Source: an uncultured Alphaproteobacteria bacterium (lineage in GTDB: Bacteria > Pseudomonadota > Alphaproteobacteria > Methylaequorales > Methylaequoraceae). From it: DNA of 64,000 nucleotides. Made by a program: the position numbers and the translations under genes. Below are positions 63,643-64,000 of this stretch, piece by piece. Position 1 is the first letter of the stretch. The number at the start of each line of letters is the position of its first letter. The notes under the pieces are model-generated. The model was not told the DNA's origin. It did not search any database and saw nothing but the letters and a program-made list of their open reading frames with translations. Location of the stretch: assembly GCA_902523675.1 (NCBI GenBank), contig CABZAL010000002.1:9890-73889 (forward strand). Reading direction: 5' to 3'.

Positions 63643-64000
63643 TTAAACAACTCTATCAAGGGGAGGTTTGTTATTAGAATATAATTCAAGATTATTTAAA
63701 ACTCTAAACCCCATCGCTTCCCTTGTTTCTTCAGTTGCACTTCCTAAGTGTGGCAAAAGAAAAACGTTTTTAAGATTTTTTAAAGAATTTGGTACGTTGG
63801 GTTCATTCTCGTATACGTCTAATCCAGCACCTTTGATTATATTTTTTTCTAAAGCATTTGTTAAGTCAACTTGATTTACAATATCTCCACGAGCTGTATT
63901 TATTAGGAAAGCGGTTTTCTTCATTTTAGAAAGTGTATTCTTATTTATGATCCCTCTAGTTTCGGTTGTAGAAGGACAATGTAAAGAAACAAAATCAGAT
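63643..64000 (-). CDS. D-isomer-specific 2-hydroxyacid dehydrogenase (glyoxylate/hydroxypyruvate reductase-like), C-terminal part; the 5' end lies outside the window
   Basis: The frame is open to the window edge (...SDFVSLHCPSTTETRGIINKNTLSKMKKTAFLINTARGDIVNQVDLTNALEKNIIKGAGLDVYENEPN...LLPHLGSATEETR). This is the catalytic R/E/H region of the family. Confidence 0.85.
   Translation of the reverse strand, partial: SDFVSLHCPSTTETRGIINKNTLSKMKKTAFLINTARGDIVNQVDLTNALEKNIIKGAGLDVYENEPNVPNSLKNLKNVFLLPHLGSATEETREAMGFRVLNNLELYSNNKPPLDRVV

Noticed and set aside
1-64000. Search for CRISPR arrays, IS elements or transposases, integrases, prophage genes, toxin-antitoxin pairs, restriction-modification or other defence systems, and long direct or inverted repeats
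   Set aside because: I found none. Every ORF of 60 aa or more that is not an antisense or alternate-frame shadow is assignable to a housekeeping family, apart from one 114-aa orphan. I saw no repeat structure by eye.

Overview
This is a very AT-rich (about 70% A+T by eye), tightly packed chromosome segment. Its gene content and order are typical of a streamlined alphaproteobacterium of the SAR11/Pelagibacterales type. Many genes overlap by 1-14 nt, and most spacers are under 25 nt.

Nearly everything is on the minus strand. From left to right the window holds:
- pccA (partial) and pccB, an ATP12-like chaperone, and an RluA-family pseudouridine synthase.
- One unbroken run of the alpha, spc, S10 and str ribosomal-protein operons (rplQ back to rpsL, about 18 kb), including rpoA, adk, secY, tuf and fusA.
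- rpoC-rpoB, rplL-rplJ, rplA-rplK, nusG and secE.
- A tRNA-Trp/Gly/Tyr cluster, rlmB, a PNPOx-like gene, msrA and tRNA-Glu.
- recJ, a PPi-type phosphofructokinase, hom, an OmpA-family lipoprotein, a gamma-CA-like protein, argC and rpsI-rplM.
- merR-ihfA, fabH-plsX-rpmF, a Cbp3-like chaperone, bamE and an H+-pyrophosphatase.
- thiL-nusB-ribH-ribBX-ribE-ribD-nrdR-glyA-rpiB, a Na+:alanine symporter, bioA-bioD-bioC, a glycerate kinase, and a partial 2-hydroxyacid dehydrogenase.

I found no mobile elements, CRISPR arrays, defence loci or convincing novel multi-gene system. The window is mostly core housekeeping genes.

The observations most worth a second look are:
1. An apparent deletion scar that joins a C-terminally truncated glycerate kinase to a BioH-like C-terminal fragment just upstream of bioC.
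2. A lone plus-strand phosphofructokinase with PPi-type specificity residues, in a window that also encodes a K+-independent H+-PPase.
3. Long low-complexity K/N/E/S-rich extensions on several ribosomal proteins (S5, L3, L17, L15), unexpected in such a compact genome.
4. A RibBX-type ribBA gene whose GTP cyclohydrolase II-like half has no cysteines.
5. A roughly 500-nt non-coding gap next to tRNA-Glu, unusual for this genome.
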